A DNA stretch of 64,000 nucleotides, from positions 64,001 to 128,000 of the forward strand of contig CAWJKZ010000019.1 of the NCBI GenBank assembly GCA_963843575.1, written 5' to 3'. The position numbers and the translations under genes are program-made. Source of the stretch: an uncultured Acidobacteriota bacterium (GTDB taxonomy: Bacteria > Acidobacteriota > UBA6911). The notes beneath the pieces were generated by a model. It had not been told where the DNA came from, searched no databases, and saw only the letters and a program-made list of their open reading frames with translations. Below are positions 1 to 9,609 of the stretch, in pieces (the stretch's first letter is position 1; every line of letters begins with the position of its first letter).

Positions 1-471
1 CAGAGCCGGAACCCGGTGAAGTCGATCGCCTGCAAGAAGGGGATCACGATCATCAACATCACCTCTACCCGGATGCTGATGGCCCACGGGTTCCTGCGCA
101 CGATCTTCGAGACGTTTGACAAATACAGGGTGCCCGTGGATGTCGTGTCCACCTCCGAGGTGAGCGTCTCGCTTACCGTGGACGAGACCTCCCGCCTGTG
201 GGATATTGTGACGGACCTGAAGAAGGTCGGCGAGGTCAACGTCGATGGGGGCAAGGCAATCGTGTGCTGCGTCGGCGACAACCTGCGGGGAATCCCCGGC
301 ATCGCCTCCCAGGCCTTCAGCGCGGCGAGTGACGTCAACGTGCACATGATTTCGCAGGGCGCGTCCGCCATCAACATCACCTTCGTCATTGACGAAGACC
401 AGCTGCCCCGCGTCGTGCGCGGCCTGCACGACGTCTTCTTCCAGAGCATCGACCCGCTGATATTCGAATAG
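1..471 (+). CDS. lysC: Aspartate kinase, C-terminal ACT domains (5' part outside window)
   Basis: RMLMAHGFL..VDVVSTSEVSVSLT and MISQGASAINITFV are typical of AK ACT domains; directly upstream of dapB. Confidence 0.92.
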   Translation, partial: QSRNPVKSIACKKGITIINITSTRMLMAHGFLRTIFETFDKYRVPVDVVSTSEVSVSLTVDETSRLWDIVTDLKKVGEVNVDGGKAIVCCVGDNLRGIPGIASQAFSAASDVNVHMISQGASAINITFVIDEDQLPRVVRGLHDVFFQSIDPLIFE

Positions 472-482
472 GAGGGCTTCCC

Positions 483-1184
483 GTGAGAATCGCGCTGATC
501 GGTTATGGCAAGATGGGGAGGCTGGTGGAATCGGTGGCCCTGCGCGAGGGGTGGGAAGTCAGCCCGAAGCTCGACGTCGCCGAAAACCCCGGTGGGGCCG
601 GGATCACACGCGAGTCTATGGAGGGGGTCGACGTCGCCGTCGATTTCTCGCAACCTGACGCGGTCGTGGCCAATGTCGAGGCGGCGGCGCGCGCGGGGGT
701 GAACCTCGTGATCGGCGCCACCGGCTGGAACCACGAGCGCGGCCGCGTGGAGAAGACCGTTCTGGAATCCGGCATCGGGCTCGTGCACGCCTCCAATTTT
801 TCGGTTGGAATGAACCTGTTTTTCGCCATCGTGAGCCGGGCGGCCCAGGTGATAGGCAAGCTGCCGCAGTACGATCCCTTCATGCTCGAGGAGCACCACC
901 GGGCCAAGGTGGACTCCCCGTCGGGCACCGCCCTGAGTCTCCTCGAGGCGATGCGCCCGTATCTGAACCGCCCCGACCTCTCCATCGCCAGCATCCGGGC
1001 CGGGCACATCCCGGGCAACCACCTGGTCGGTTTCGACAGCGAGGCGGACACGATCGTGCTGGAGCACCGGGCGCGCAACCGGCAGGGATTCGCCGAGGGG
1101 GCCATTCTGGCCGCGCGTTGGATCTCCGACAAGAAAGGGTTCTACGACTTCCGCGATGTCTTCAAAGAAATCCTGGGCCTCTGA
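483..1184 (+). CDS. dapB: 4-hydroxy-tetrahydrodipicolinate reductase
   Basis: GYGKMG Rossmann motif, ASNFSVG, EEHHRAKVDSPSGTA, RQGFAEGA. Confidence 0.95.
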   Translation: MRIALIGYGKMGRLVESVALREGWEVSPKLDVAENPGGAGITRESMEGVDVAVDFSQPDAVVANVEAAARAGVNLVIGATGWNHERGRVEKTVLESGIGLVHASNFSVGMNLFFAIVSRAAQVIGKLPQYDPFMLEEHHRAKVDSPSGTALSLLEAMRPYLNRPDLSIASIRAGHIPGNHLVGFDSEADTIVLEHRARNRQGFAEGAILAARWISDKKGFYDFRDVFKEILGL

Positions 1185-1208
1185 GGCGCGGGTACGCGAG
1201 GTGCGACG

Positions 1209-2099
1209 ATGACGCGATTGGATCAGCTACGGGGTTGCGGCACCGCCATGATCACCCCGTTCAATCCGGACGGCAGCCTCGACCTGACGGCCCTCCGGGC
1301 GTTTGTCGACTGGCAGATCCGCGAAGGGATCCATTTCCTGGTCCCCTGCGGCACGACCGGCGAGAGTGTCACGCTCGAACACGACGAGTACGTCGCCGTC
1401 GTGCGGACGACGGTCGAGGCCGCCGCCGGCCGCGTGCCGGTCCTGGCGGGCGCGGGGGGGAACAACACCGCCAGGGTGACCGCACTGATGCGGGAACTGG
1501 CAGCGTGCGGCGTCGACGGCTTCCTCTCGGTCTCTCCCTATTACAACAAGCCGACGCAGGAAGGCATCTACCAGCACTTCCGGGCAGTCGCCGGCGCGAC
1601 ACCGTTGCCGGTCATCGTCTACAACGTGCCGGGGCGGACGGGTTCGAACATCCTCCCCGACACGTTGATGCGGCTGGCGGAAATCCCGAACATACTCGGG
1701 GTCAAGGAGGCCAGCGGCGACATCCTGCAGATCGGGGAAATCTGCACCCGCGCCCCCGGGACTTTCCGAGTGCTGTCGGGCGATGACGCGCTGACCCTGC
1801 CAGTGGTCGCCCTGGGGGGGCACGGAATCATCTCGGTGGCTTCGAACGAAGCCCCCGGCATGATGTCCCGCTTTGTCACCGCCTGCCTGGAAGGCCGCTG
1901 GGACGAGGCGCGGGACTGGAACCGGCGCCTGTACCCATTGATGAGGGTCAACTTTATCGAGACCAGCCCCATACCGGTCAAGGCCGGTGTCGCGATGACG
2001 GGTCGCATCCACGAGGTGTACCGTCTTCCGCTGGTCCCGATATCTGCGGCTGCCCGCGAAAAGCTCGCGCGCGTCCTGAGGGACCTGGGGCTCCTGTAG
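1209..2099 (+). CDS. dapA: 4-hydroxy-tetrahydrodipicolinate synthase
   Basis: GTTGES, PYYNKP, YNVPGRT, GVKEASG (Schiff-base Lys), SGDD. Confidence 0.96.
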   Translation: MTRLDQLRGCGTAMITPFNPDGSLDLTALRAFVDWQIREGIHFLVPCGTTGESVTLEHDEYVAVVRTTVEAAAGRVPVLAGAGGNNTARVTALMRELAACGVDGFLSVSPYYNKPTQEGIYQHFRAVAGATPLPVIVYNVPGRTGSNILPDTLMRLAEIPNILGVKEASGDILQIGEICTRAPGTFRVLSGDDALTLPVVALGGHGIISVASNEAPGMMSRFVTACLEGRWDEARDWNRRLYPLMRVNFIETSPIPVKAGVAMTGRIHEVYRLPLVPISAAAREKLARVLRDLGLL

Positions 2100-2107
2100 C
2101 GGGAATA

Positions 2108-2238
2108 TGGAGTGCGGCGGCTCGACGCCGCTTTGGGGGCGGCGCCTGGGCGCCGCCTCACGCGGGTAAGGCGCCAAGGCGCCGGGTGTTTCGGCCTTAG
2201 GGACATAAAGGAAAGCGGCGCCAAGGCGCCGCACTCCA
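2108..2238. repeat. REP-like inverted pair, GGAGTGCG family (copy 1)
   Basis: tggagtgcggcggctcgacgccgcttt ... aaagcggcgccaaggcgccgcactcca; related copies at 12773-12893 and 35373-35397. Confidence 0.8.
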
Positions 2239-2239
2239 C

Positions 2240-3076
2240 ATGAGTGAACTCGAGCGGCGCATCCGGGAGCTTTACGACAGAGAGCCTGCCGCGGGCTACG
2301 GCGCGGAGGATTTCGAGCTGTTTGCGGAGTTCAAGGCCGCGCTGAATCGCGGCGAGGTGCGGGCGGCGAGCCCGGAGGGGGACTCCTGGCGCGTGCAGGC
2401 CTGGGTCAAGCAGGGCATCCTGCTCGGGTTCCGGATGGGCTCGCTCCAGGACTGTTCGATCGACGACCGTTTCCGTTTTTTTGACAAGAGCACCTTCCCC
2501 CTCAAGACCCTGCGTCTCGACGACGGCGTTCGGTTGGTCCCAGGCGGGTCCTCGATCCGCGACGGCGCCCACGTGGCGCGCAACGTCACCTGCATGCCGC
2601 CGATGTACATTAACGTCGGCGCCTATGTCGACGAGGGGACGATGGTGGATTCGCACGCGCTCGTCGGGTCGTGCGCCCAGGTGGGGAAACGCGTCCACCT
2701 CAGCGCGGCGAGCCAGATCGGGGGCGTGCTGGAGCCCGTCGGCGCGCTTCCGGTCATCATAGAAGACGACGTGCTGGTCGGGGGGAATTGCGGCGTGTAC
2801 GAGGGAACGATCGTGCGGGCCGGGGCCGTCCTCGGGGCCGGCACCATCCTGACCGGGGGCACGCCGGTCTACGACCTGGCGCGGGAAACGGTCTATCGCC
2901 GCCGGGGGACCGAGCCTCTCGAAGTGCCGCCCGGAGCCGTCGTCGTCCCGGGCGCGCGCTCTCTTTCGCACCCCTGGGCGCAGTCCATGGGGCTGTCCAT
3001 CTACACTCCCATCATCATCAAGTACCGCGACAGCAAGACGGAAGGGAGTGTCCGGCTGGAAGATCTCTTGCGATGA
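2240..3076 (+). CDS. dapD: Tetrahydrodipicolinate N-succinyltransferase
   Basis: WVKQGILLGF, FFDK, NVGAYVDEGTMVD, VGSCAQVG, IGGVLEP and hexapeptide repeats. Confidence 0.94.
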   Translation: MSELERRIRELYDREPAAGYGAEDFELFAEFKAALNRGEVRAASPEGDSWRVQAWVKQGILLGFRMGSLQDCSIDDRFRFFDKSTFPLKTLRLDDGVRLVPGGSSIRDGAHVARNVTCMPPMYINVGAYVDEGTMVDSHALVGSCAQVGKRVHLSAASQIGGVLEPVGALPVIIEDDVLVGGNCGVYEGTIVRAGAVLGAGTILTGGTPVYDLARETVYRRRGTEPLEVPPGAVVVPGARSLSHPWAQSMGLSIYTPIIIKYRDSKTEGSVRLEDLLR

Positions 3077-3100
3077 TCCGTTGCGACGATGAGGTTCGCC

Positions 3101-4402
3101 ATGGCGCTTGTTTACCCGTTCAAAGCTTTCCGCTTCAACCTGGCGAAGGTCGGCGACCTGAACGCGGTCGTCACCCAGCCCTACGACAAGATCCCCGCAG
3201 GCCTTCAAGAACAGTACTACGCCCGCTCGCCCCACAATATCGTGCGCATTACGCGCAACCGGGAGAAGAACGATAACCCCGAGACCGACTACCCCGATGC
3301 CGGCCGGATCCTGGAGCGCTGGCTGGCCGAGGGGGTGCTCCTCCAGGACCCCTCACCCGCGATCTATGCCTACTACCAGGACTACGAGATCGACGGCGAG
3401 CCCAGGACGCAGAAGGGATTCGTCGCCCTGCTCGACCTGAAACACTCGGCCGGCGGGATACTGCCGCACGAGCGCACGCTGGCCGAGCCGAAGATGGACC
3501 GCCTCCGCCTGATGCGCCGCACCCGGTGCAACGAGGACATGATCTACATGCTCTATACCGACGACCGCCTCGCCGTCAACCGGCTGCTCGACGAGACCGC
3601 CGGCGCCCGAGCACCGGAGCTCGATGTCCGGGACGACTTCGGCGCTCGACACCGCCTCTGGGCGATTACCGAGCCCAAGACGCTCAAGCCCATCGGCGAT
3701 GCCATGGTTCCGGAGGAACTCTTCATCGCGGACGGACACCACCGCTTCGAAACGTCCATGAATTTCATGAAGGAGTGCGGGGCCCAGGGCAGGAAGCCCG
3801 CCGCGCTCGAGTCGTTCGACAAGCGCCTTGTGGCCTGCTTCAACAGCGCCGACCAGGGGACCACGATCCTTCCGACCCACCGTCTCGTCCGTGGCGTTCC
3901 CGGTTTCCGGTCCACGACCTTTCTCAAGCTGGCGCAACAGTATTTCGAAGTCGAAACGCTTGGCTCCGCGGATCAGCTGTGGGAGCGGATGAAGCTGGGG
4001 GCCCAGGTAAACCACGTCTTCGGGTTCTTTCCCGCCGACACCGGGCGGTTCCACCTCCTCAGCCTGCGGGAGGAGGCGAAAATCGATCCCCTGATGCTGG
4101 CACACCCGGAAGCGTACAGGCACCTCGACGTGAGCATACTCCACACGCTCGTGCTGGATCGCTTCCTCGGCATCGACGAGGCGAAACTCGTCGCGCAGGA
4201 GAACGTCGACTATTTCCGAGACCGGCAGGAGTGCCTGCGCGAAGTCCGGGAACGGCGGTACCAGGCGGCCTTCTTCCTCAACCCGACCACCGTCGAACAA
4301 ATGCAGCGCATCGCGCTGCTCGGCGAACGCATGCCACAGAAATCGACCGATTTCTTCCCGAAACTCCTCACCGGCCTCGTCCTGATGAAAATGGAGATGT
4401 GA
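3101..4402 (+). CDS. DUF1015 family protein (ParB/Srx-like motif)
   Basis: PFKAFR..PYDKI, ILPHERT, IADGHHR, MPQKSTDFFPKLLTG; ATG at 3101 follows a gaggt RBS. Confidence 0.88.
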   Translation: MALVYPFKAFRFNLAKVGDLNAVVTQPYDKIPAGLQEQYYARSPHNIVRITRNREKNDNPETDYPDAGRILERWLAEGVLLQDPSPAIYAYYQDYEIDGEPRTQKGFVALLDLKHSAGGILPHERTLAEPKMDRLRLMRRTRCNEDMIYMLYTDDRLAVNRLLDETAGARAPELDVRDDFGARHRLWAITEPKTLKPIGDAMVPEELFIADGHHRFETSMNFMKECGAQGRKPAALESFDKRLVACFNSADQGTTILPTHRLVRGVPGFRSTTFLKLAQQYFEVETLGSADQLWERMKLGAQVNHVFGFFPADTGRFHLLSLREEAKIDPLMLAHPEAYRHLDVSILHTLVLDRFLGIDEAKLVAQENVDYFRDRQECLREVRERRYQAAFFLNPTTVEQMQRIALLGERMPQKSTDFFPKLLTGLVLMKMEM

Positions 4403-4444
4403 AAAGCGGGCGGAGCCCGCTGCGGATTCCCGACTCGACGCACT

Positions 4445-5995
4445 CTACGACTGCACTTCCGAGATGGCCTTGGCCTGGGTGAAGAGCAGCAGGTAATCGC
4501 GCCCCCCCGCTTTCGAGTCGGTCCCGCTCATGTTGAACCCTCCGAACGGGTGCACGCCCACCAGCGCGCCGGTGCATTTCCGGTTGATGTACAGGTTGCC
4601 GACGTGGCATTCGGCGATCGCGCGCTCGATGTGCTCGCGGTCGTTTGAGTAGACCGAGCCGGTCAGCCCGTATTCCGTGTCGTTGGCGATCCGGATCGCC
4701 TGATCCAGGCTCGAAGCCTTGATGACCGCCAGCACGGGGCCGAAAATCTCCTGCTGGGCGATGGTCGCCTTCGGGTCGACGTCCGCGATCACGGTCGGGT
4801 TGATGAAAAAGCCGTTCCCCGGCGCGGGTTCCCCGCCCGCGAGCAGGCGCCCGTCGAGCCTGCCCTGCTCGATGTAGCCGAGGATGGTGTCCATCGCGCC
4901 CTGGTTGATCACCGGCCCCATGTAAACCGACGGGTCGGTTGTGGCCCCGACCGTGATCTTTCCGGTCTGCTCGACCAGTTTCTCGAGGAAGGCGTCGTAG
5001 ACCTTCTCGTGCACGATTGCCCGCGAGCAGGCGGAGCATTTCTGACCCTGGAATCCGAATGCGCTCGCCACGACCCCCTTGACCGCGGCGTCGAGGTTTG
5101 CCCCCTCGTCGACGATGATGAAGTCCTTGCCCCCCATTTCCGCGATGACGCGTTTGATCCAGATCTGGCCACGGCGCGGTCTGGCCGCCTCCTCGTTGAT
5201 GTGAAGCCCGACCTCCTTGGAACCTGTGAAGGCGACGAAGCGCGTGAGCGGGTGTTGCACGATCGTATTTCCCACGACACCCCCGCCGCCGGTGACGTAG
5301 TTGACCACACCGGGGGGGAGACCGGCGTTCTCCAGGATCTCCATGAAGAACGCGGCGATCGCCGGAGCGTCCGATGACGGCTTGAGGACCACCGTGTTTC
5401 CGGTGACGAGCGCGGCGGTCGTCATTCCGGCCATGATCGCGGAGGGGAAGTTCCACGGGGGGATCACTCCGCCGACCCCGAGCGGGATGTACTTCAGCTG
5501 GTTCTTCTCGCCGGGGTAAGGGGTCAGCGGTTGCGGGCCGGCATAGCGCAGCGCCTCGCGCGCGTAGAACTCGCAGAAATCGATCGCCTCGGCCGTGTCC
5601 GCGTCTGCCTCGGCCCACGACTTGCCCACTTCGAGGATCATCCAGGCGTTGTTTTCGAATCGCCTGGACCGCAGCGCTGCGGCCGCCCGGAACAGGACGT
5701 CCGCCCTATCGCGCGCCGGGACCCTTTTCCACGACTCGAAGGTGCGGGCCGCCAACTCGACGGCCAGGGTCGCCTGTTCGGCCGTCGCGCTCTGGAAGAT
5801 CCCGACAACCTGTTTCCTGTTACCCGGGTTGATGGACGCAAACGTCTTGGGCGCCTTCAGCCGCTCCGACCCGACGATCAGGTCGTACTCGCGCCCGAGC
5901 CGGCCCTCGACAAGTTCGAGCGCCTCCTGCTGCTTATTCCGGTTGGAATCGACCGTGAAATCCAGCACCGGTTCATTCCTGAAGTCGTCTGCCAT
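4445..5995 (-). CDS. pruA: Delta-1-pyrroline-5-carboxylate (L-glutamate gamma-semialdehyde) dehydrogenase
   Basis: ALDH motifs PWNFP, FTGS, EMGGKD, GQKCSACSR, EIFGP; NRKCTGALVGVHPFGGFNMSGTDSKAGG is typical of the RocA/PruA type. Confidence 0.92.
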   Translation of the reverse strand: MADDFRNEPVLDFTVDSNRNKQQEALELVEGRLGREYDLIVGSERLKAPKTFASINPGNRKQVVGIFQSATAEQATLAVELAARTFESWKRVPARDRADVLFRAAAALRSRRFENNAWMILEVGKSWAEADADTAEAIDFCEFYAREALRYAGPQPLTPYPGEKNQLKYIPLGVGGVIPPWNFPSAIMAGMTTAALVTGNTVVLKPSSDAPAIAAFFMEILENAGLPPGVVNYVTGGGGVVGNTIVQHPLTRFVAFTGSKEVGLHINEEAARPRRGQIWIKRVIAEMGGKDFIIVDEGANLDAAVKGVVASAFGFQGQKCSACSRAIVHEKVYDAFLEKLVEQTGKITVGATTDPSVYMGPVINQGAMDTILGYIEQGRLDGRLLAGGEPAPGNGFFINPTVIADVDPKATIAQQEIFGPVLAVIKASSLDQAIRIANDTEYGLTGSVYSNDREHIERAIAECHVGNLYINRKCTGALVGVHPFGGFNMSGTDSKAGGRDYLLLFTQAKAISEVQS

Positions 5996-6044
5996 CGAGC
6001 TCTCCTTGTCCGAGCGCGATGATAGCACAGGCCCTACCGGACTG

Positions 6045-6072
6045 GTGGGCCGCGGCGGCTCGACGCGGCCCC
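6045..6072. repeat. Palindromic repeat, GTGGGCCGCG family (degenerate copy)
   Basis: gtgggccgcggcggctcgacgcggcccc, similar to 19401-19429 and 21439-21465. Confidence 0.55.
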
Positions 6073-6150
6073 GGTCTGGATCCGCGGCTGCAGCCCATTC
6101 GGGGCGGGGAGGGACCCGCCCACTTTGTGCTAGACTGCCGGCGGGTTGCC

Positions 6151-7878
6151 ATGGACCGTAACCAGAATTATCTCGTGCTCGCGTCGATCGGCGTCGTCGT
6201 GCTGGCCTGGGCCGCGGCCCCGCTCCTTGCGCCCAGGCTCCCAGTGGGGCCGCCTCTTTCCCAGGCCGCCCTCGTCTTCGACGCGTCGCAGGCTTTTGCC
6301 AGAACCTCGGAGTTTGTGACCCGGAACCCGCGGCGCGTCATGGGCAGCCTCGAATCCAGGCAGTCGAGCGGCTACATCCAGCAGTGTCTGCGCGCCCTCG
6401 GGTACGACGTCAACTACCTGCATTTTGAAGACGTGATCGCCGGCAGGAAACAGGTCGGCCGGAATGTGCTCGCGTTGAAACCGGGACGGGACCGGCGGAT
6501 CGTGGCAGTGGTGGCGCATTACGACACGACCGCCACCACGGTCCAGGGAGCCATGGACAACGGCTCGGGGGTCGGCGTCCTGCTGGAACTGGCGCGCGTG
6601 TTTGCCTCGACCCCGACCAACCACGGCATCCTCTTTGTGGCCACCGACGGCGAGGAGTGGGGCATGCTCGGGGCCGCGGATTTCGCCCGGCACTACCCCG
6701 GGAAAGAGAATATCGCTGCCGCACTCTCGCTCGACTACGTGGCCGTCGGGGCGTTGGCGGAACTTCAGCTTGCCACGTCCGGCCAATTCCGGGGCTACAC
6801 CGCCCCATGGCTCCGGGACGTGGCGCGCCGGGCGATACGGGCGGAAAATCTTGCCGTTGCCGAGCCCGCGGGCGTGGAAGAGCACCTCGAACGCGCCTTC
6901 CTCCTGTCCTGGGCGGACCAGGGACCTCTGCTGGCAGAGGGTATTCAGGCAATCAACCTTGGGAGCGCGTCCGAGGACAGGGCGCGAGAATACGCCGTCT
7001 ACCACTCGGCAAACGACCGCATCGACAACCTCCGCCCGGAGAGTTTTTCCGCGTTCGGCCGGGCTGCGGAGCGGATCCTGCGCACCCTCGACGAGGTTCA
7101 GGAGCCCCCAAGCCAGCCTCCCGAGTACTTCCGGGTCAGGGAAGGGGTTTTTCTCTCGGGCGGTGTCGTCGGTTTTCTGCACCTGCTCGCGTTCGTGCCG
7201 CTGGGGGTCGCCCTCGCGTGCTGTGCCCTGAACCATGGGCGGCACGTGACGTTGCGCGTGGTGCAGCGAGAGGTACTGACGACCTTCGCCACGCTGCTGC
7301 CGTTTCTGCTCTTTTACTGGACGATCCTCGCGTCTCGGGGCCTGCGACTCCTGCCCCGTTACGCCCTCTACCCGGCGGCCCCGAAGGATCCCATCCTGGA
7401 GCACCCTCACTGGGGCGTGCTGGCCGGGGGCGTGGCTCTCGCAGCCGCGGCGGCGGTCGCCCTGTATTTCGGGCTCCGGTACCTGACCCGGTCGCTGCCC
7501 CGCCCGGATTTCCACCTGGCGAAGCTCATCCTGCTTGCTCTTTTCCTGGTTGTCTGCCTCGGGGCGCTCTCGTACAACGCCTACTGGGCGGCCTCGTTCG
7601 TCTTGCTGCCTGCCTGGTTCTGGGCGATCACCGGCCCCGGCGACAGTCCCGGCGGGCGGGCGGCCAATCGCATCTGGATCGCATCGGCGGGCATCGTCTA
7701 TTACCTGGTGAGCGTCGACTATGCGGTGCGCTTCGGACTGGGCTGGAAGCTGGTGTGGTACGAGGTGCTCGCGCTCAGTACCGGGATGTTTTCCTTGACC
7801 GGATACCTGCTGGGCGCGCTCGTCTGCACCCTGGGTATCCGCTTCATTGTCATCCAGTCCCTGCCGCGCTCGGGGTGA
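6151..7878 (+). CDS. M28 family metallopeptidase with C-terminal multi-pass membrane domain
   Basis: AHYDT, GAMDNGSG, GEEWG, LDYV, YHS metal-ligand motifs, then several hydrophobic helices. Confidence 0.85.
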   Translation: MDRNQNYLVLASIGVVVLAWAAAPLLAPRLPVGPPLSQAALVFDASQAFARTSEFVTRNPRRVMGSLESRQSSGYIQQCLRALGYDVNYLHFEDVIAGRKQVGRNVLALKPGRDRRIVAVVAHYDTTATTVQGAMDNGSGVGVLLELARVFASTPTNHGILFVATDGEEWGMLGAADFARHYPGKENIAAALSLDYVAVGALAELQLATSGQFRGYTAPWLRDVARRAIRAENLAVAEPAGVEEHLERAFLLSWADQGPLLAEGIQAINLGSASEDRAREYAVYHSANDRIDNLRPESFSAFGRAAERILRTLDEVQEPPSQPPEYFRVREGVFLSGGVVGFLHLLAFVPLGVALACCALNHGRHVTLRVVQREVLTTFATLLPFLLFYWTILASRGLRLLPRYALYPAAPKDPILEHPHWGVLAGGVALAAAAAVALYFGLRYLTRSLPRPDFHLAKLILLALFLVVCLGALSYNAYWAASFVLLPAWFWAITGPGDSPGGRAANRIWIASAGIVYYLVSVDYAVRFGLGWKLVWYEVLALSTGMFSLTGYLLGALVCTLGIRFIVIQSLPRSG

Positions 7879-7914
7879 TCCTCAAGGTTCTTTAAACGCT
7901 CAAAGGATCTCGAT

Positions 7915-8469
7915 TCAGAACCCCGGGATGCGGCGCTGCAGTGGGCCGATGTGGGTGCGGTGATAATCCAGGATGATCTGGACGGTGCCGCTCATCACCT
8001 CGTGTTCGTGGAACGGGACTTCGTCCTCCCCCAACAGCTGCGCCAGACTGGTGTCGATCGCCTCCTGGAATTCCAGATCCGTCGACCGCACGCCGTCCGC
8101 GCGCAGGTATTTGCGCGTGAAGGGCACTCTGAACAGGAGGTCGTACGTCCGGACCCAGTAGGAAGTCAGCGCGTGCAGTTCGCCGATGTGGCCGAACTTG
8201 TGATACAGATAGACGTAGTTGTCCAGCACGGACCGGTCGCAGATGATGTTCGGGTAGATCTTGTTCAGTTCCAGCTCACGAGAGATTGTCGTGGTCAGGA
8301 TCCACGTCTGGGCTTCGAGGCTGGTCTCCTCGTTGATCGGGAACGGGCAGCGACGTGCGATTTCGTCGATGAAACCGACGTCGAGGTGCTGCTTCTTGAG
8401 TTCGTTGCACAACTCGTAGGCCAGGGTGGTCTTGCCGATGCCGTGGGTGCCGATAAACGCGATCTTCAT
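7915..8469 (-). CDS. P-loop NMP-kinase-like protein (AAA_28/NadR-kinase-like)
   Basis: Walker A GTHGIGKTT, ICDRSVLD, lid-like DGVRSTD. Confidence 0.75.
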   Translation of the reverse strand: MKIAFIGTHGIGKTTLAYELCNELKKQHLDVGFIDEIARRCPFPINEETSLEAQTWILTTTISRELELNKIYPNIICDRSVLDNYVYLYHKFGHIGELHALTSYWVRTYDLLFRVPFTRKYLRADGVRSTDLEFQEAIDTSLAQLLGEDEVPFHEHEVMSGTVQIILDYHRTHIGPLQRRIPGF

Positions 8470-8563
8470 AGGGTTCCCATGCTAACACCAACCGGGTTTT
8501 GGAGTCTTGGGGCCTTTGCCATGACCCGGTGGCTTTGCAGGCGCCCGGAGACGGGTCAAGCTG

Positions 8564-9550
8564 ATGTTTGAAGACGTCTACCAGGCATTCGCACCGCGCC
8601 TGGGCGAGGCTCCTTTCTGGGAGACTTGGTGCGCCACCCTGAACCACCTCAGCAGCGGGGCCGGATTCTGGATTCGGTATGCCGTCGTCGCACCACGGGG
8701 TGCTCCGGCCCGCGCCGAAGTCTGGTTCGCCTCGTTTACACCCGGACGCGACAGCGCCTTGGCCGCGCTCGGGTCCGCCTTCGCCCGCGGCGACTTCGAG
8801 ATCGCGGTCGATCCGGCTTCGGTGCGGGCCGGTCCCTGTCTGCTCGAGTTTGACGGCATGACGGGCATGCTCGCCGCTGCAGGGACTCCGGTGACGTGGG
8901 ACCTGGCATACCATCCGGTCACGGAACCCCTGCAATACTTTCCCGAGCGGCCCTGGCCGGCGCGGCTTCCGAGGCTCGTCGTCCCCTATCCCTTCATGCT
9001 GATCGGGGGCAAAATCCAGGTCCGCGATCACCAGTTCGCTTTCAACGGCGATCCCGGGCAGCTCAGCCATGCCTGGGGTTCCGCCACACCGGGCCGCTGG
9101 GGATGGTTTCACTGCAGCGCCTTCACCCGGGAGGGGGGCGATCCCGTGCCTGCCTACGTGACCGGGACTTTGCCGGGGCGGCGCTTTAGCATCCCCAGGG
9201 TCCGGTCGGGTTTCGGGCACCTCGTCTGGAACGAGCGGCACATCCCGTTGTGGCCCGCGCGGAGCGTCCACGGCGGGAGCCGGGGCGACTGGGCATGGCA
9301 GGGGAACTCCGGCGACGAGACGGTGGTCGCTCGGGTAACCCTACCCTGGGATGACCTTGTCGCCGCGGAACGACAGGGCCCCGACGGGAGGGTGACCTGC
9401 ATCCACCACACCGGCAGCGCGACCTGCGAGGTCCGTTTCACCTCGCCGCGCCAGGCGCCTGTCTCGTTTACCGCCACCCGGCTGGCCCATGCGCAGATCG
9501 CGGGTCCGGTGCTCGATCCCCGGGCCCGGCGCCTGTTGCGCATGCTATAA
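8564..9550 (+). CDS. Hypothetical beta-rich protein, tocopherol cyclase/CrtC-like
   Basis: Trp-rich; ETW..FWIRY, SHAWGS..RWGWFHC resemble tocopherol-cyclase-like barrels. Confidence 0.5.
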   Translation: MFEDVYQAFAPRLGEAPFWETWCATLNHLSSGAGFWIRYAVVAPRGAPARAEVWFASFTPGRDSALAALGSAFARGDFEIAVDPASVRAGPCLLEFDGMTGMLAAAGTPVTWDLAYHPVTEPLQYFPERPWPARLPRLVVPYPFMLIGGKIQVRDHQFAFNGDPGQLSHAWGSATPGRWGWFHCSAFTREGGDPVPAYVTGTLPGRRFSIPRVRSGFGHLVWNERHIPLWPARSVHGGSRGDWAWQGNSGDETVVARVTLPWDDLVAAERQGPDGRVTCIHHTGSATCEVRFTSPRQAPVSFTATRLAHAQIAGPVLDPRARRLLRML

Positions 9551-9609
9551 TTTGCCGGCAAAGACGCAGAGAGCTGGAAGCCGCGGCGCCTCCACAGAAC
9601 GGATTCCGC

